DNA of 64,000 nucleotides from Bacillota bacterium (GTDB taxonomy: Bacteria > Bacillota > Sulfobacillia > JAMDAP01), in contig JBLNCQ010000144.1 in the NCBI GenBank assembly GCA_050260815.1, forward strand, positions 2,024 through 66,023. Reading direction: 5' to 3'. The first letter of the stretch is position 1. Each line of letters starts with the position of its first letter. Under the pieces are notes generated by a model, which searched no databases, was not told where the DNA came from, and worked only from the letters and a program-made list of their open reading frames with translations. A program made the translations under genes and the position numbers. Below are positions 1-9,985 of this stretch, piece by piece.

Positions 1-4
1 CCTG

Positions 5-343
5 GTGCTGGGCACTGTTGGAGCGCTGACCGCACTGCTGACCGGCAGACTTGATGCCCCGTCCGTTCCCAGCGGAGGGGCGAGCACCGTACTCCAGCTT
101 CACACTGTGCTCGCCATCCTGGCGACTCTCGTCTTCGGGCTCATGGCCGCCGGCCGCGTCTACTTCCGCATCCGCCATGCACGACTCCGCGCCCCGGGCG
201 ACCCGGAGGCGAACGTGCCGGCAGGCCCGGTGACTGCCTACTTTGCCCTCGCTGCCGTGGGCGTTGCTCTGTTGGCGGCCACCAGCTACACCGGTGGCGA
301 CCTGGTCTACCGCGAGGGCCTGGGCGCCATTGCGGGGAGGTAG
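5..343 (+). CDS. 3' end of a membrane protein gene (5' part lies outside the window)
   Basis: ORF runs to the window edge; the product has hydrophobic helices; its stop at 341-343 abuts the next gene. Confidence 0.35.
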   Translation: MLGTVGALTALLTGRLDAPSVPSGGASTVLQLHTVLAILATLVFGLMAAGRVYFRIRHARLRAPGDPEANVPAGPVTAYFALAAVGVALLAATSYTGGDLVYREGLGAIAGR

Positions 344-347
344 CGTC

Positions 348-557
348 ATGGCAGAGGGAGTGCTCTATGCGATCCGGGTCAAGGGGCACCTGGATGATCG
401 GTGGGCCACCTGGTTTGACCAGGTCACGGTGACCAACCACGAGAACGGGGAGGCCATGCTTCATGTCGTGATCCGCGATCAGACGGCCCTGCATGGGCTG
501 CTGGACCGCATTCGCGATTTGAACCTGTACCTGATCTCGGTCCGTGTGGAGGAATGA
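348..557 (+). CDS. small hypothetical protein (~69 aa)
   Basis: ATG at 348 is preceded by GGGGAGG 7 nt upstream and follows directly the stop of the upstream gene. Confidence 0.45.
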   Translation: MAEGVLYAIRVKGHLDDRWATWFDQVTVTNHENGEAMLHVVIRDQTALHGLLDRIRDLNLYLISVRVEE

Positions 558-609
558 GTTCTGACCGCAGCCGTCCGGCTCGGCCACTGATAAGAAGGAG
601 GATAGACTC

Positions 610-1572
610 ATGCGTAAGGTATTGGCAGTGTTCCTGGTGGTTCTGGTTTCACTCTGTGTAATGGCCGCTCCGGCCATGGCCATGGACTGGCGTCAGTCCG
701 ACCGTGCGGTGATTGGCAAGGATGAGGTGATCGACGACGACGTGTCGCTCACCGGCGCCAGCATCATCATCGACGGCAAGATCAACGGTGACGTATTCGC
801 CTTTGGCAACAGCATCGTGGTTAATGGCAGCGTTAATGGCAACCTCATTGTTGCCGGGGACCGGGTGGACATCAAGGGCACCGTCACCGGTTCCGTCTTT
901 GGTGCAGCCACGCGTGTCTTCGTCTCCGGACGTGTTGAGAGGACCCTCGCCGCAGCGGGCTATAGCGTAACGCTGGAGCCGGGCGCCTATGTGGGCAGCT
1001 CTGGGCTGTTGGCAGGCAACCTGGTGCATGCGAACGGCAAGATCGGCCGCGGTGCCCTCCTGGGCGGCACCCACGTCGACGTGGCCGGGCAGATTGGCAA
1101 GGAACTCAAGGCGTATGCGGACAACCTGCGCATCGGATCCGCCGCCGTCATAGAAGGACCCGTTGAGTACACCAGCGGCCGCCCGGCGACCATCGAGCAG
1201 GGCGCACCCACCGGCGCTGTGGCCTTCAACCAGAACGAGATGTTCAACGCCTCCAGGATAACCACCACCGGGAACACCTGGTGGAAGCTGCTTCGGATCC
1301 TGGGCTTCCTGCCGGTGGGCCTGGCCGCCCTGGCCCTGTTCCCGGCTCTGATCTACCTGAGCCAGGTCCTCGTTTCGTGGTCCGCCGGCAAGTTCCTTGC
1401 CGATCGTCTGGAGGGCTTCCGTAACCTCCGGTGGCCCACGATCTTTGTGATCGGCGCCGTCCTCACGACGGTGGCGGTTGCCCTGCCTATCGTGGGCTGG
1501 CTGTTCAGCCTCGTGGCTCTGCTGTACGGCCTGGGCGGCCTCTACTACCTCACCATCCAGCGGGCTGCGTAA
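610..1572 (+). CDS. membrane-anchored beta-helix repeat protein with signal peptide (bactofilin/DUF4097-like repeats)
   Basis: RBS AAGGAGG; N-terminal signal peptide; G/N/V-rich repeats (GxVxGxI..); two C-terminal TM helices. Confidence 0.6.
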   Translation: MRKVLAVFLVVLVSLCVMAAPAMAMDWRQSDRAVIGKDEVIDDDVSLTGASIIIDGKINGDVFAFGNSIVVNGSVNGNLIVAGDRVDIKGTVTGSVFGAATRVFVSGRVERTLAAAGYSVTLEPGAYVGSSGLLAGNLVHANGKIGRGALLGGTHVDVAGQIGKELKAYADNLRIGSAAVIEGPVEYTSGRPATIEQGAPTGAVAFNQNEMFNASRITTTGNTWWKLLRILGFLPVGLAALALFPALIYLSQVLVSWSAGKFLADRLEGFRNLRWPTIFVIGAVLTTVAVALPIVGWLFSLVALLYGLGGLYYLTIQRAA

Positions 1573-2017
1573 GTGGCGCGTCCCCGGACTCGGGAGGGAG
1601 ATGCCCCGGTGAACGCGGTTATCCTGCATCGGTTGACGACGGTTCCGAACTTGCTCTCGCTGCTCCGGATTGCCTTGACGCCTGTGCTCCTGAGCCTCAT
1701 CTGGTCAGCAGACGCGCAGGGTTTCTTCTGGACGTCGGCAGTGGCCCTCCTGACGGACGTCCTCGACGGATTCCTCGCCAGGCGGCTGCGCCAGGTGACA
1801 GCCCTGGGGTCGTCCCTGGACGTCGGGCGCTGTTGGGTCAATCGCGATTGTGAGCTTCTTCTGGGCGGGCCAAGGCACCTGGCTCGGCTACCTGACCTGC
1901 GTGCTGGGCATCCTGGCGCAGGCCGAGCAGTTGGTCATCGCCCTCACGCTCCACAGTTGGCAAACGGATGTGGAGTCACTGTGTCAGGTGTTCAGGCGCC
2001 AGAGCCCTAGGGTGTGA
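1573..2017 (+). pseudogene. CDP-alcohol phosphatidyltransferase (PgsA-like), frameshifted near 1845
   Basis: N-terminal part carries the DGxxAR..G...D motif in frame 1; a hydrophobic C-terminal part continues in frame 2 (SIAIVSFFWAG..) up to 2017. Confidence 0.45.
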
Positions 2018-2062
2018 GCGCCACAGCCTTAGCGTAGACATTTGGAAAGGGGCCGAGTTTGA

Positions 2063-2509
2063 ATGCCTTCTCGCAGCGTTATACGTGAGTTCCTGAACCA
2101 GCGCCGGATTGCCGTGATCGGCGTATCGCGCGACAAGAATGACTTTTCCCGGATGATGTTCAGGCAGTTTCAGAATTCCGGTTACCAGGTGTATGCCGTT
2201 AACCCGTCGGCAGAGAGCACAGAGAGCATGCGCTACTACCGTTCGGTGCGGGACCTGCCCGAACCGGTGGACGGCGCCCTGGTCATGGTGCCGGCCGCAC
2301 AGTCAGCCGCCGTGGTGCAGGAGTGCCAGGCTGCGGGCGTCCGGCGCGTCTGGCTGTACCGGGCCACCGGCGACGGCGCGGTCTCACCCGAGGCGGTAGC
2401 ACTCGCCCGCTCCGCCGGCATGGCCCTGGTGGACGGCGCCTGCCCGTTCATGTTCATCGGCAGCTTCCCGCACCAGATCCACCGGCTGTTCACGCGTTTC
2501 GATCCCTAG
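2063..2509 (+). CDS. CoA-binding domain protein (YccU/YneT family)
   Basis: 148-aa protein with a Rossmann-like IAVIGVSRD motif typical of CoA-binding proteins. Confidence 0.7.
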   Translation: MPSRSVIREFLNQRRIAVIGVSRDKNDFSRMMFRQFQNSGYQVYAVNPSAESTESMRYYRSVRDLPEPVDGALVMVPAAQSAAVVQECQAAGVRRVWLYRATGDGAVSPEAVALARSAGMALVDGACPFMFIGSFPHQIHRLFTRFDP

Positions 2510-2523
2510 GTGCCGGGCAGACC

Positions 2524-2557
2524 AAAAAGCCCCGCCATCCTGTTGGACCGGCGGGGC
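2524..2557. terminator. bidirectional hairpin terminator between convergent genes
   Basis: GCCCCGCC at 2529-2536 pairs with GGCGGGGC at 2550-2557; an A-tract precedes it, giving a U-tract on the minus strand. Confidence 0.5.
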
Positions 2558-2584
2558 GATTGGTGTGCAGTACACTGCAGCTTC

Positions 2585-2989
2585 TCAGTGACCAAAGAGC
2601 CGGTAGCGGTTGAGCTTGAACTGGTAGTACAGGAAACACCCCACGCAAGACCCCATGAGGGCGACGCCTGCGGCGAGAGCGACGGCCAGCGACAAAGTCC
2701 AGCCCAGCAAGGGCTGGCCCAACGCGAAGGCGATCTGGGCGCCTCCCAGGAGCGTGACGGCAATGGCATTGTTGAACCGCTGGAGGCGTCTGTCCTCACG
2801 TTCGGCGCCAGCGAGTCGCGACGCAAGTAGCCACTTGCCCGCGCGGAAAATGAGGCTGGCTCTACGTCCGAACAGGACGGCCGGCAGGAGGAGCGCGAGG
2901 AGCGCGGTGGTTACGAGCGGTTGCTGCAGAAGCAAACCTGCCAGGACGCCGCCCACCAGCGTCCGGCGGTTGAGGTTGACGATCGGCAT
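2585..2989 (-). CDS. DUF4395-like small membrane protein
   Basis: Start MPIVNLNRR.. with GAGGA 7 nt upstream; product has hydrophobic helices. Confidence 0.5.
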   Translation of the reverse strand: MPIVNLNRRTLVGGVLAGLLLQQPLVTTALLALLLPAVLFGRRASLIFRAGKWLLASRLAGAEREDRRLQRFNNAIAVTLLGGAQIAFALGQPLLGWTLSLAVALAAGVALMGSCVGCFLYYQFKLNRYRLFGH

Positions 2990-3345
2990 AGGGATATCCT
3001 CAACAGGAGTCTCCGCGACAACCTGTAGGCGCCGTTCCATCTTGATTCCCCCAGAATGCATAGTATTCCAATCAGATTTTAAAAATACTCTAACCCGACG
3101 TGACGGAGGGGTCAGAAGGAGCGGCAAAAGGGTAGGAGCTGTCCTGCCCGAACGGAGAGGGAATGCCTGCGGCGGTAACGAGCCAACGGGGATGACCAAA
3201 TCATTCTGGATCGTCGGGGCACCGCAGGCCCTGCTGGTGGACGCGGCCTCCTTCTGGCTGTCATCCCTGCCGATGAGCTTTCTGCGTGAGGGTGTGAGCC
3301 CGGAAGACGCCACCCCAGCGGCGTCGGCCAGGCGGGGGGAAGCGG

Positions 3346-4619
3346 CTAACGGCTATTGGGCGACGCTGGGCTTCCCAGGCACGCTGCAGCTCGGGCCAGC
3401 AGTAGATCGCGCTCTCGCGAATTCCGTGTGAGGGAGGCCGCCCGTTCGAATTCCAGACGTGCCTCATCGAGGCGGCCCAGCTTCACCAGGAGGTCGCCGC
3501 GCACGCTGGGCAGCAGGTGATAGCCCTTGAGTGACAGTTCGGCACCGAGCGCATCAACGAGCTCGAGGCCCGCCTTCGGCCCAAACGCCATGGCCACGGC
3601 GACGGCTCGGTTGAGCTCCACAACGGGGGACGGCGCGACCTGGGCCAGTGCGTCATAGAGGGCCGCGATGCGCGCCCAGTCAGTTTCCTCGGCGGAGCGG
3701 GCCCGCGCGTGGCAGGCGGCAATGGAAGCCTGGAGCGTGTACCGGCCCAGCGTTCCTCCGAGTCGGTGGGCACGCTCCAGGGCCACCAGGCCGCGGTGAA
3801 TGAGCAGCCGGTCCCAGAGCGCCCGTTTACAGCGAGCAGGATGGGCACGCCCGCTGGACTGACCCGAGCCCGCAGGCGGGACGCCTGGAGCTCCATCAGG
3901 GCGACAAGGCCGTGGACCTCCGGATCCCGGGGCGTCAGCTCGGCCAGGATGCGGCCGAGGCGGAGCGCCTCGTCGCAGAGTGAAGGCCGCACCCAGTCGT
4001 CACCAGTGGTGGCGGAGTAGTCCTCGTTAAGCACCAGGTAGATGACCTCCAGCACCGATGACAGGCGTGCAGCCCGCTCCGACGCCTCGGGCACTTCAAA
4101 GGGCACTCTGGCCGCGGCCAGCGTCCGCTTGGCCCGGACGATGCGCTGGGCCACCGTGGCTTCCGGCACGAGGAAGGCGCGGGCAATCTCCCCCGTGGTG
4201 AGGCCGCCCATCAGTCGCAACGTCAACGCAACACGGGCTTCGGCGGAGAGAACAGGGTGGCAGGCCATGAAGATCAGGCGCAGCACGTCGTCCTCAACGG
4301 CGTCGCCGACCGCGGCGTCGAAATCCGGCTCTGTCACGGCCTCCGCATCTCGGCCCAGCTCCGCCACCTTGCGTTCCAGCACCTTCTGACGGCGCAGCAG
4401 GTCAATGGCCCGCCGCTTGGCGGCTGTCATGAGCCAGGCGCCCGGGTTGTCGGGGACACCTGACTTTGGCCAGTGCTCCAATGCGGCCACCAGAGCGTCC
4501 TGCGCCAGGTCTTCGGCCAGACCCACGTCGCGCACGATGCGCGTGAGCGCGGCGATGAGTCTGGCGGACTCCATCCGCCAGACTGCATCGATCGCTCTCT
4601 TGATATCGGGGCTCCTCAC
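3346..4619 (-). pseudogene. ECF sigma factor with long C-terminal extension (ECF41/SigJ-like, YciI-linked), internal frameshift near 3815-3830
   Basis: Sigma-70 regions 2 and 4 lie in the 4619..~3830 frame; the conserved C-terminal extension (..RALWDRLLIHRGLVALERAH..QASIAACHARA..) continues in another frame to 3346. Confidence 0.65.
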
Positions 4620-5050
4620 GACTTCCCGAGCTTCTCCAACCGCCGGCGCAGCTCCGCTTCTTTGGTCAGAGACGCCTCGTCCTGAGTTAGCTCCGGGGCG
4701 TCGAACACTTGGCGCAGCTCAATCTGGCCCTCACCGCCGCCGTGCGGGTCTGGCGCACGCATGGCCCACTCGATGGCCTCTTCCCGGGACCGGACCTCCA
4801 GCAGCCAGAAGCCCGCGATGAGTTCCTTCGTCTCCGTAAACGGTCCATCCGTCACCACCGGCTTGCCGCCGGGGGTGGGGTAGGAGATGCGAATGCCGCT
4901 GGAGCTGGGATGGAGTCCCTCGCCGGCCAGCAGCACGCCGGCGTTGACCAGCTGCTCGTTGTATTTCATCATGGCGTCAATCAACTCCTGACGCGGCAGC
5001 ACGCCGGCCTCTGAGTCCCCGGTGGCCTTGACCATCATCATGAAGCGCAT
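4616..5050 (-). CDS. YciI-like (DGPF) domain protein, cotranscribed with the ECF sigma gene
   Basis: YCII-related fold motifs; GGAGGG RBS; 4-nt overlap with the sigma gene start. Confidence 0.65.
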   Translation of the reverse strand: MRFMMMVKATGDSEAGVLPRQELIDAMMKYNEQLVNAGVLLAGEGLHPSSSGIRISYPTPGGKPVVTDGPFTETKELIAGFWLLEVRSREEAIEWAMRAPDPHGGGEGQIELRQVFDAPELTQDEASLTKEAELRRRLEKLGKS

Positions 5051-5112
5051 GGACCTGCACCCTCCTATGTTTGATTGAAGCGCGGCCTTGTCTGTCCTGC
5101 TTCTACTAGGAC

Positions 5113-5139
5113 GACGAACGGGACCCGGCCAAGTCGACA
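5113..5139 (-). promoter_or_regulatory. candidate ECF41-type promoter TGTCGAC-N16-CGTC upstream of the yciI-sigma operon
   Basis: Minus-strand -35 TGTCGAC at 5139-5133 and CGTC at 5116-5113 with a 16-nt spacer; matches the reported ECF41 TGTCACA-N16-CGTC motif. Confidence 0.3.
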
Positions 5140-5246
5140 CGGCGGGGTATCTTTTTCAAAAGAAACTGTTGCTAAAAACTTCGCAAGGGTAAGGAGGCTC
5201 TCCTGCCGTGTTCAGCAAAGAAACCCTCATGGCCGGGTAAGGAGGC

Positions 5247-5835
5247 GTGCCCCATGGGCACCCCCGGCACATCCTGGTCGTCGCCGGATACATCACCAAC
5301 GCAGAGGGTGAGGTACTCCTGGTAAGGACCCACTGGCGGAGCGACACGTGGGAACTGCCCGGTGGGCAGGTTGAGGAAACTGCGCAGCTACGCCGCCAGC
5401 ATTGTGGAGGCGCAGGAGGAGGAGCGCCTGCGCATCGCACAAGAGCTTCACGACGAGACGGTCCAGGGGCTTATACTGCTCTGCCGACGGTTGGACGCAG
5501 TGGTGGAGGGACTGGCCCGGCAGGCAAGCGACGCCAGCCGGGATATCCAAGCTTCCGTATTGCCCAGGAGGCGGGCACAACGTGGAGAAGCACGCCCGGG
5601 CAGCAGCTGTGCAGGTCATTCTGGCCTTCAGGCCGGGTTCCGTCCAGTTCAGCGTCCGTGACGCGGCGAGGGGTTCTCCGTCCACGGCCAGTCTGACAGC
5701 CCCGCAGACAGGCTGGGGCTGGTGGGCATGTGCGAGCGGGCCATCCATCTGGGCGGCACCCTGGTGGTCAACTCCACACCCGGCGGCGGCACCACGCTTT
5801 GGGCGACCATCCCGACGCCGGCCAGCAGCGTATGA
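5247..5835 (+). pseudogene. decayed gene remnants: NUDIX N-terminal fragment followed by NarL-type histidine kinase fragments
   Basis: The NUDIX-like fragment and the HisKA_3 / HATPase_c pieces (the latter ending 5835) lie in different reading frames, with no sensor domain and no partner regulator. Confidence 0.5.
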
Positions 5836-5927
5836 CGGCGTTCCGCGGCGTTCGCGGCTCGAAGACGGTCGGGCCGGTCGGTGAGCAGGTAACGGTATGA
5901 CACGTATCCAATCTCCCCCACAGAGTC

Positions 5928-6302
5928 GTGGAGTCGTCATTCCGCATCCAGGGGGAGTTGGCCGTGTTCGATCCGCCGCTGGAGTCCCCGGGGCTGTTCC
6001 AGCAGTTCCATGCCCTGGTCGCCCAGATTCCGTACGGCAAGGTGGCCACCTACGGGCAGATTGCCCGCATGGCCGGACATCCGCGCGCCGCACGTATGGT
6101 GGGGTGGGCCCTGCACGATTCCCCTGCCGACCTGCCCTGCCATCGCGTCGTGAACCGGGAGGGCGGCACCGCTCCCGGGTGGCCGGAGCAGCGCACCCTC
6201 CTTGAGGCGGAGGGGATCACGCTGAACCCGGACGGCCGCGTGGACCTGGCTGTCTACCTGTGGGACGGGTCGTGCTTCGAAGGGAGCGAGCCACGTGATT
6301 GA
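5928..6302 (+). CDS. methylated-DNA-protein-cysteine methyltransferase-like DNA-binding domain protein
   Basis: PCHRVVN active-site motif and IPYGKVATYGQIA helix; an alternative GTG start at 5964 has a better RBS. Confidence 0.6.
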   Translation: MESSFRIQGELAVFDPPLESPGLFQQFHALVAQIPYGKVATYGQIARMAGHPRAARMVGWALHDSPADLPCHRVVNREGGTAPGWPEQRTLLEAEGITLNPDGRVDLAVYLWDGSCFEGSEPRD

Positions 6303-7033
6303 AGTGGGCTCCGACCGGATCGACGCCTATCGGAATTTGCTTCGCGGACGCGAGGCGGGCCTGGTCATTGGCGCCGTCCTAAGGGGCAATGCCGCGGCGC
6401 GGCTGTGGGTGTCCGCCCCGGGGTACCGGCGCCTCTGCGGCGCTCCTCTGGGACCCGCACAACAACGCACTCTACCTGGGAGGGAACCTATCCGTCAGCG
6501 ACCGGCTGGCCGGGCTGGAGGCGGCCCTTGATGCCATTCATGCAGACTGCGCCCGAACGGGTCGCCGCTGGCTGCGTGGCCGCGGCATCACAGAGCAGGC
6601 GCATCAGGCCCTGAAGCTGGCCCTCGACGGTCTTCAGCCCAACACCTTGCGGCGCCGTCTGTACGCCTACCGGCAGGAGACCATCCACCTGACTCACTAC
6701 CCCGTTCCCGATGGTGTGGCCATTGTGCCCATCGACCGCCAACTGCTGGAGGAGCGGCGCCCTGGCAACGCCGGGGCGATCATCGGCGAGGTCACCAAGA
6801 TGTGGCCTTCTCTGGACACCTATTACCGGCAGGGCCTTGGCCTTGCCGCCCTGGCCGGCGATGCCGCGGTCTGCTGGTGCACGGCGGAGTACAAGGGCGG
6901 AAGCCAGTGCGGCATCGGTATGCCCCACTGGGACTGCAGTCTGGCAAATGTGGTGTCGGTGCGCCTGGCTGAGAGACTGGGATTCGAGGCGGAGGGCGAT
7001 ACCGATTTTCTGGCGTGGAGCGTGCCGGAGTAA
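6295..7033 (+). pseudogene. GNAT family acetyltransferase, frameshifted near 6420-6440
   Basis: N-terminal part in one frame (..ARLWVSAPG) and the rest in another (..GASAALLWDPHNNALYLGG..); the junction sits at a CCCCGGGG run. Confidence 0.5.
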
Positions 7034-7048
7034 CCTGTCCCCCCATCA

Positions 7049-7079
7049 AACGGGGCCGCCCTAGGGGGGCGGCCCCGTT
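7049..7079. terminator. 13-bp perfect stem-loop between convergent genes
   Basis: AACGGGGCCGCCC at 7049-7061 pairs with GGGCGGCCCCGTT at 7067-7079; no clear U-tract. Confidence 0.45.
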
Positions 7080-7096
7080 CGCCTGAGCAGCTTCTC

Positions 7097-7431
7097 AGAA
7101 CTCCCGCACCAGGTGCAGCCAGGCAAGCCGCTTCTCGAATCCAAGGCGCTCATGATGGCCAGCATGCCCTGATTCGTGGAAGCGTTGGTGGTTCGAACCC
7201 GTTGAATGCCCTGTGCCCGGGCCCAGGCCAGTCCCTTGTGCTTCAGGGCCAGGGCGATGCCCGGCGCCGGTACTCCGGCAGCACGCCGGTCAGGCCGGTG
7301 TTGATGGCTCCCGCCTCCGGCCAGTTCCACAGGGTGCTCAAGCCCACCCAGCGGTCGCCGTCCAGGGCGATGAACTCACCCTCCGCCAGGAAGGTGCTCG
7401 ACTCCAGGTACGTCCGCCGGAAGGAGTCCAT
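7097..7431 (-). pseudogene. GNAT acetyltransferase remnant, N-terminally truncated and twice frameshifted
   Basis: GNAT motif A/B pieces lie in three frames; the upstream MCP gene occupies where the N-terminus should be. Confidence 0.45.
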
Positions 7432-7457
7432 GTCGACGGCGGTGGCCCTGTCCCCAC

Positions 7458-9311
7458 CTACAGTTTGAACTGCGACACCTGGTGCTGCAGTTCCTGTGCG
7501 ATGTCGGCCAGACTCCTGGCGGCCGACGCAATCTGCTCCGTGGAGGCGTTCATTTCCTCCACGGCCGCCGAGACCTCCTCAGCGGAAGCGGCATTCTCCT
7601 CAGCCTGGGCGACCACGCCCGACATGGCCCGGGTGACCTGGTCGGAGCCGGCGGCCATCTCTTCCGTGGCCGCCGTATTCTCCTCAGTCACGGCCGCTAC
7701 GGCTTCCACCAAGCGGACCAGGCTCTGGCTGGCGCTGTTGACCTCCATGGCCGCGGCGCGGATGGACCGGGCGTCGTCCGCCGCCTGTTCAACAACGGCG
7801 AGAATGGCCTGCAGCGCCCGTCCCGCATCCGAGGCCAGCCGGGCTCCCTCCTGGACCTCGGAGGTGCCCTGCTCCATCGCCTGGACGGCCTCCGCTGTTC
7901 CCACCTGCATGGACCCGATGAGGTCCGCGATCTCCTTGGCGGAGGAGCCGGCGCGTTCAGCGAGCTTGCGGACCTCGTCCGCCACCACGGCAAAGCCCTT
8001 GCCGTGCTCGCCGGCCCGGGCCGCCTCGATGGCGGCGTTGAGGGCCAGTAGGTTCGTCTGGTCGGCGATGTCCGTGATGACATCTGTAATCTGGCCCACC
8101 TGCGCGCTCAGTTCCCCAAGCTGCTGGATCTTCTGAGCCGACGTAAGCACGGTGCCGCGGATCCGGTCCATCCCGGCCACGGTCTTCTCGATGACCTGTG
8201 CGCCGCCGCGCGCGGTGTCAATGGCCTTCTGGGAGGAAGCGGCCACGCCGTCCGCTCTCTCTCCCACGTCCTGGACGGCCTGCGCCACTTCTGCGACGAC
8301 AACGGAGGTCTGCTGAGCGTTGCCGGCCTGGTCCTGCGCTCCGGCAGCGATCTGGCTGATGGCTGTCCGCAGCTGTTCCATGATCTCCGTGGCTTCCTGC
8401 ACCGACTTCGCCTGGACGGCGGCACCCTGGGCCACCTGGCCCACGGTCTGAGCCACGCCTCCGGCGGCATTCGCCACCTGCTCGCTAGTCGACGTGAGCT
8501 GCTCCGCCGACGCCGCCACCGTTGTCGCCGACTCCGAAACTTGCTGCACCAACGCCCTCAGGCTGGCCAGCATTCGGTTGAACGCGCGGCCCATGTCGCC
8601 CAGTTCGTCCCGTGAGCGGACCTTGACCTGTTCGATGGTCAGGTCACCGCCGGCCAGCCGCTCGGCCGCGCCTGCCACCTGTCGCGCCGACCGGGACATG
8701 CCCGAGGCCAGGATGAGGGCGATGGTCAGGCCCAGAATCACGGCCGCCGCCACCACCAGGATCAGCCGCGTGACCGTGCTGGCGAAGACATCCGTCGCGT
8801 GACGCCGTGCCGCCTCGGACTCGTTGTCCGCTATGGTTTTGAGTAAGTCAAGGCCGCTCTGGAGCGCCTCCGAGGTGGTGTCCAACCTGGCCATGATGCT
8901 TGACACCTCGGGACTGCCCACCGGGTTCTCCAGGGCCAGCGCGTCCGACCCAGCTTCCACCAACTGGTTCAGGGAGCTTGAGATCTGGCCGAAAACGTTG
9001 GTGCTTTCGGAGGATGCCCCCGACTTCAATGCCTCCAGCTTCTTGTTCGCATCCTGGACCAGCGCTGTGAAGTCGGAGCGATTGCCCACGTTGCCCGTCG
9101 CCAGGTAGTCCGTGGGCCGGTCCTGCAGGTGGCTCACCACAACGGCCAGGTCACCAATGGCAGCCACCCTGTCCGAGGTGTCGGCCAGTTGATGCGCCGA
9201 CATGTTGAGAAGCTGCAGGGAGGAGTAGGAGAGCCCACCGAGGCCCACTATGAGCGCAATGACGACCAGGAAACCGCCTGTGAGCTTGGCGCGGATACTG
9301 AGACGCATCAT
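7458..9311 (-). CDS. methyl-accepting chemotaxis protein (two TM helices, HAMP, MCP signal domain)
   Basis: Highly conserved MCP signalling hairpin ([33 protein letters not shown]); start ATGATG after GGAGG. Confidence 0.85.
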   Translation of the reverse strand: MMRLSIRAKLTGGFLVVIALIVGLGGLSYSSLQLLNMSAHQLADTSDRVAAIGDLAVVVSHLQDRPTDYLATGNVGNRSDFTALVQDANKKLEALKSGASSESTNVFGQISSSLNQLVEAGSDALALENPVGSPEVSSIMARLDTTSEALQSGLDLLKTIADNESEAARRHATDVFASTVTRLILVVAAAVILGLTIALILASGMSRSARQVAGAAERLAGGDLTIEQVKVRSRDELGDMGRAFNRMLASLRALVQQVSESATTVAASAEQLTSTSEQVANAAGGVAQTVGQVAQGAAVQAKSVQEATEIMEQLRTAISQIAAGAQDQAGNAQQTSVVVAEVAQAVQDVGERADGVAASSQKAIDTARGGAQVIEKTVAGMDRIRGTVLTSAQKIQQLGELSAQVGQITDVITDIADQTNLLALNAAIEAARAGEHGKGFAVVADEVRKLAERAGSSAKEIADLIGSMQVGTAEAVQAMEQGTSEVQEGARLASDAGRALQAILAVVEQAADDARSIRAAAMEVNSASQSLVRLVEAVAAVTEENTAATEEMAAGSDQVTRAMSGVVAQAEENAASAEEVSAAVEEMNASTEQIASAARSLADIAQELQHQVSQFKL

Positions 9312-9389
9312 ACGGCCTCCGTCCAGCAAAATGGGCGAATATGGATGCCCTGGCTAATGTAGTTTGGCCGTTTTGGTCGAAGTTCCTCT

Positions 9390-9804
9390 TTACGGCCCCG
9401 GGCTTATTAAGGCCTCGTTCCTCTACGGTCATGGGGCCGAAAACCTGCAGGAGGTTGGCAATCTCCTGCTCTCGCCTCTCTGGAGGCATGCCGGGGTGCG
9501 GAATCTCTTTGATGTGGGCGATGGCGTCCTCCATGTCGCTGGCCACCAGGATGACCGTTGGCGCCGAGGCCACCGCTCTCTGACCGTGGGCGGCCTCCTG
9601 CAGGCGGGCCTTGATCGGTGGGTCGGATACCACGTGAAACCGCCAGGGCTGGACGTTCCAGGCGCTGGGGGCCAGGCTGGCCAGGCGCAGGATCTCGTTC
9701 AGGTCCTCCTCCGGGATCGGGTCGGGCTTATACCGCCGGATGCTGCGGCGGGATTCGATGGCTTCGCGGACGGTCAGCGTCCTGGTCTGTTGAGTTGATC
9801 CCAT
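9390..9804 (-). CDS. nitroreductase family protein (3' end uncertain)
   Basis: N-terminal nitroreductase motifs (RRSIRRY, PSAWNVQPW); the ORF tail lacks similarity and would read through the MCP start at 9311, so a frameshift near the CCCCGGG run around 9390 is likely. Confidence 0.55.
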
Positions 9805-9985
9805 GGGCAGCCTCCTTCATACTCGTCCAAAGGCAATGTCAGTCTGACGGGCATAGCTTGCCCACCGGAACGCCGCCACCTGGCGAAGCCTGGACGAGAC
9901 CGCACCAAGAACAGGTAGGCCCCGCCGACTCCTGTCGACGGGACCTGGTGCGCGTGCTGTATTCCTCTCCGACAGCAATCAGGCC

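Noticed and set aside
649-1629. Long antisense ORF (326 aa) overlapping the beta-helix protein gene
   Set aside because: Arg/His/Gly-rich composition typical of out-of-frame translation of GC-rich DNA; the sense-strand gene has an RBS and a recognisable domain structure.
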